DNA from: Octopus sinensis
Lineage: Eukaryota
Reading direction: 5' to 3'
Assembly (NCBI RefSeq): GCF_006345805.1
Contig: NW_021824958.1
Coordinates: forward strand, 1 to 17,131
DNA: 17,131 bases
Positions 17,052-17,131 of this stretch are shown one piece after another (position 1 is the first letter of the stretch; each line of letters starts with the position of its first letter). The notes below the pieces were generated by a model. That model was not told the DNA's origin and searched no databases. It saw only the letters and a list, made by a program, of their open reading frames with translations. Made by a program: the position numbers and the translations under genes.

Positions 17052-17131
17052 TATGGCTATTTCTACCAGGAGGGAGTTTTGGCAACGTTTTCTGGGAGTT
17101 TCGATGGCCAAGTTAAATTTCCATCAGTTCT

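Noticed and set aside
17055-17095. Further family E 5' module fragments (ggctatttctaccagg, gagggagttttggc)
   Set aside because: Too short and degenerate at the window edge to call.

Overview
Non-coding, almost entirely repetitive eukaryotic DNA. The SINE families match those I recognise from octopus genomes, so the source is probably Octopus; this is recognition, not a database hit. No intact protein-coding gene is supported. The window holds compound microsatellites, at least four tRNA-headed SINE families (CORE, CORE plus V-like, Nin/Deu-like), three adjacent mellifera-type mariner derivatives (8100-9047), a 5'-truncated RTE LINE with a 66-bp hairpin minisatellite in its 3' UTR, and a 140-bp SINE-derived minisatellite inside a ~1.33-kb duplication. 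The most notable signal is on the minus strand of ~2-6.8 kb: about 25 co-oriented copies of a ~70-nt module whose helix order matches an HDV-like (R2/CPEB3-type) self-cleaving ribozyme. The module forms the 5' end of a ~230-bp non-tRNA retroposon-like element with an (AAC)n tail and has been amplified into several independent tandem arrays. A minimal Penelope-type hammerhead ribozyme (5034-5068) lies on the same strand within the cluster. Ribozyme calls come from manual folding, and activity is untested.
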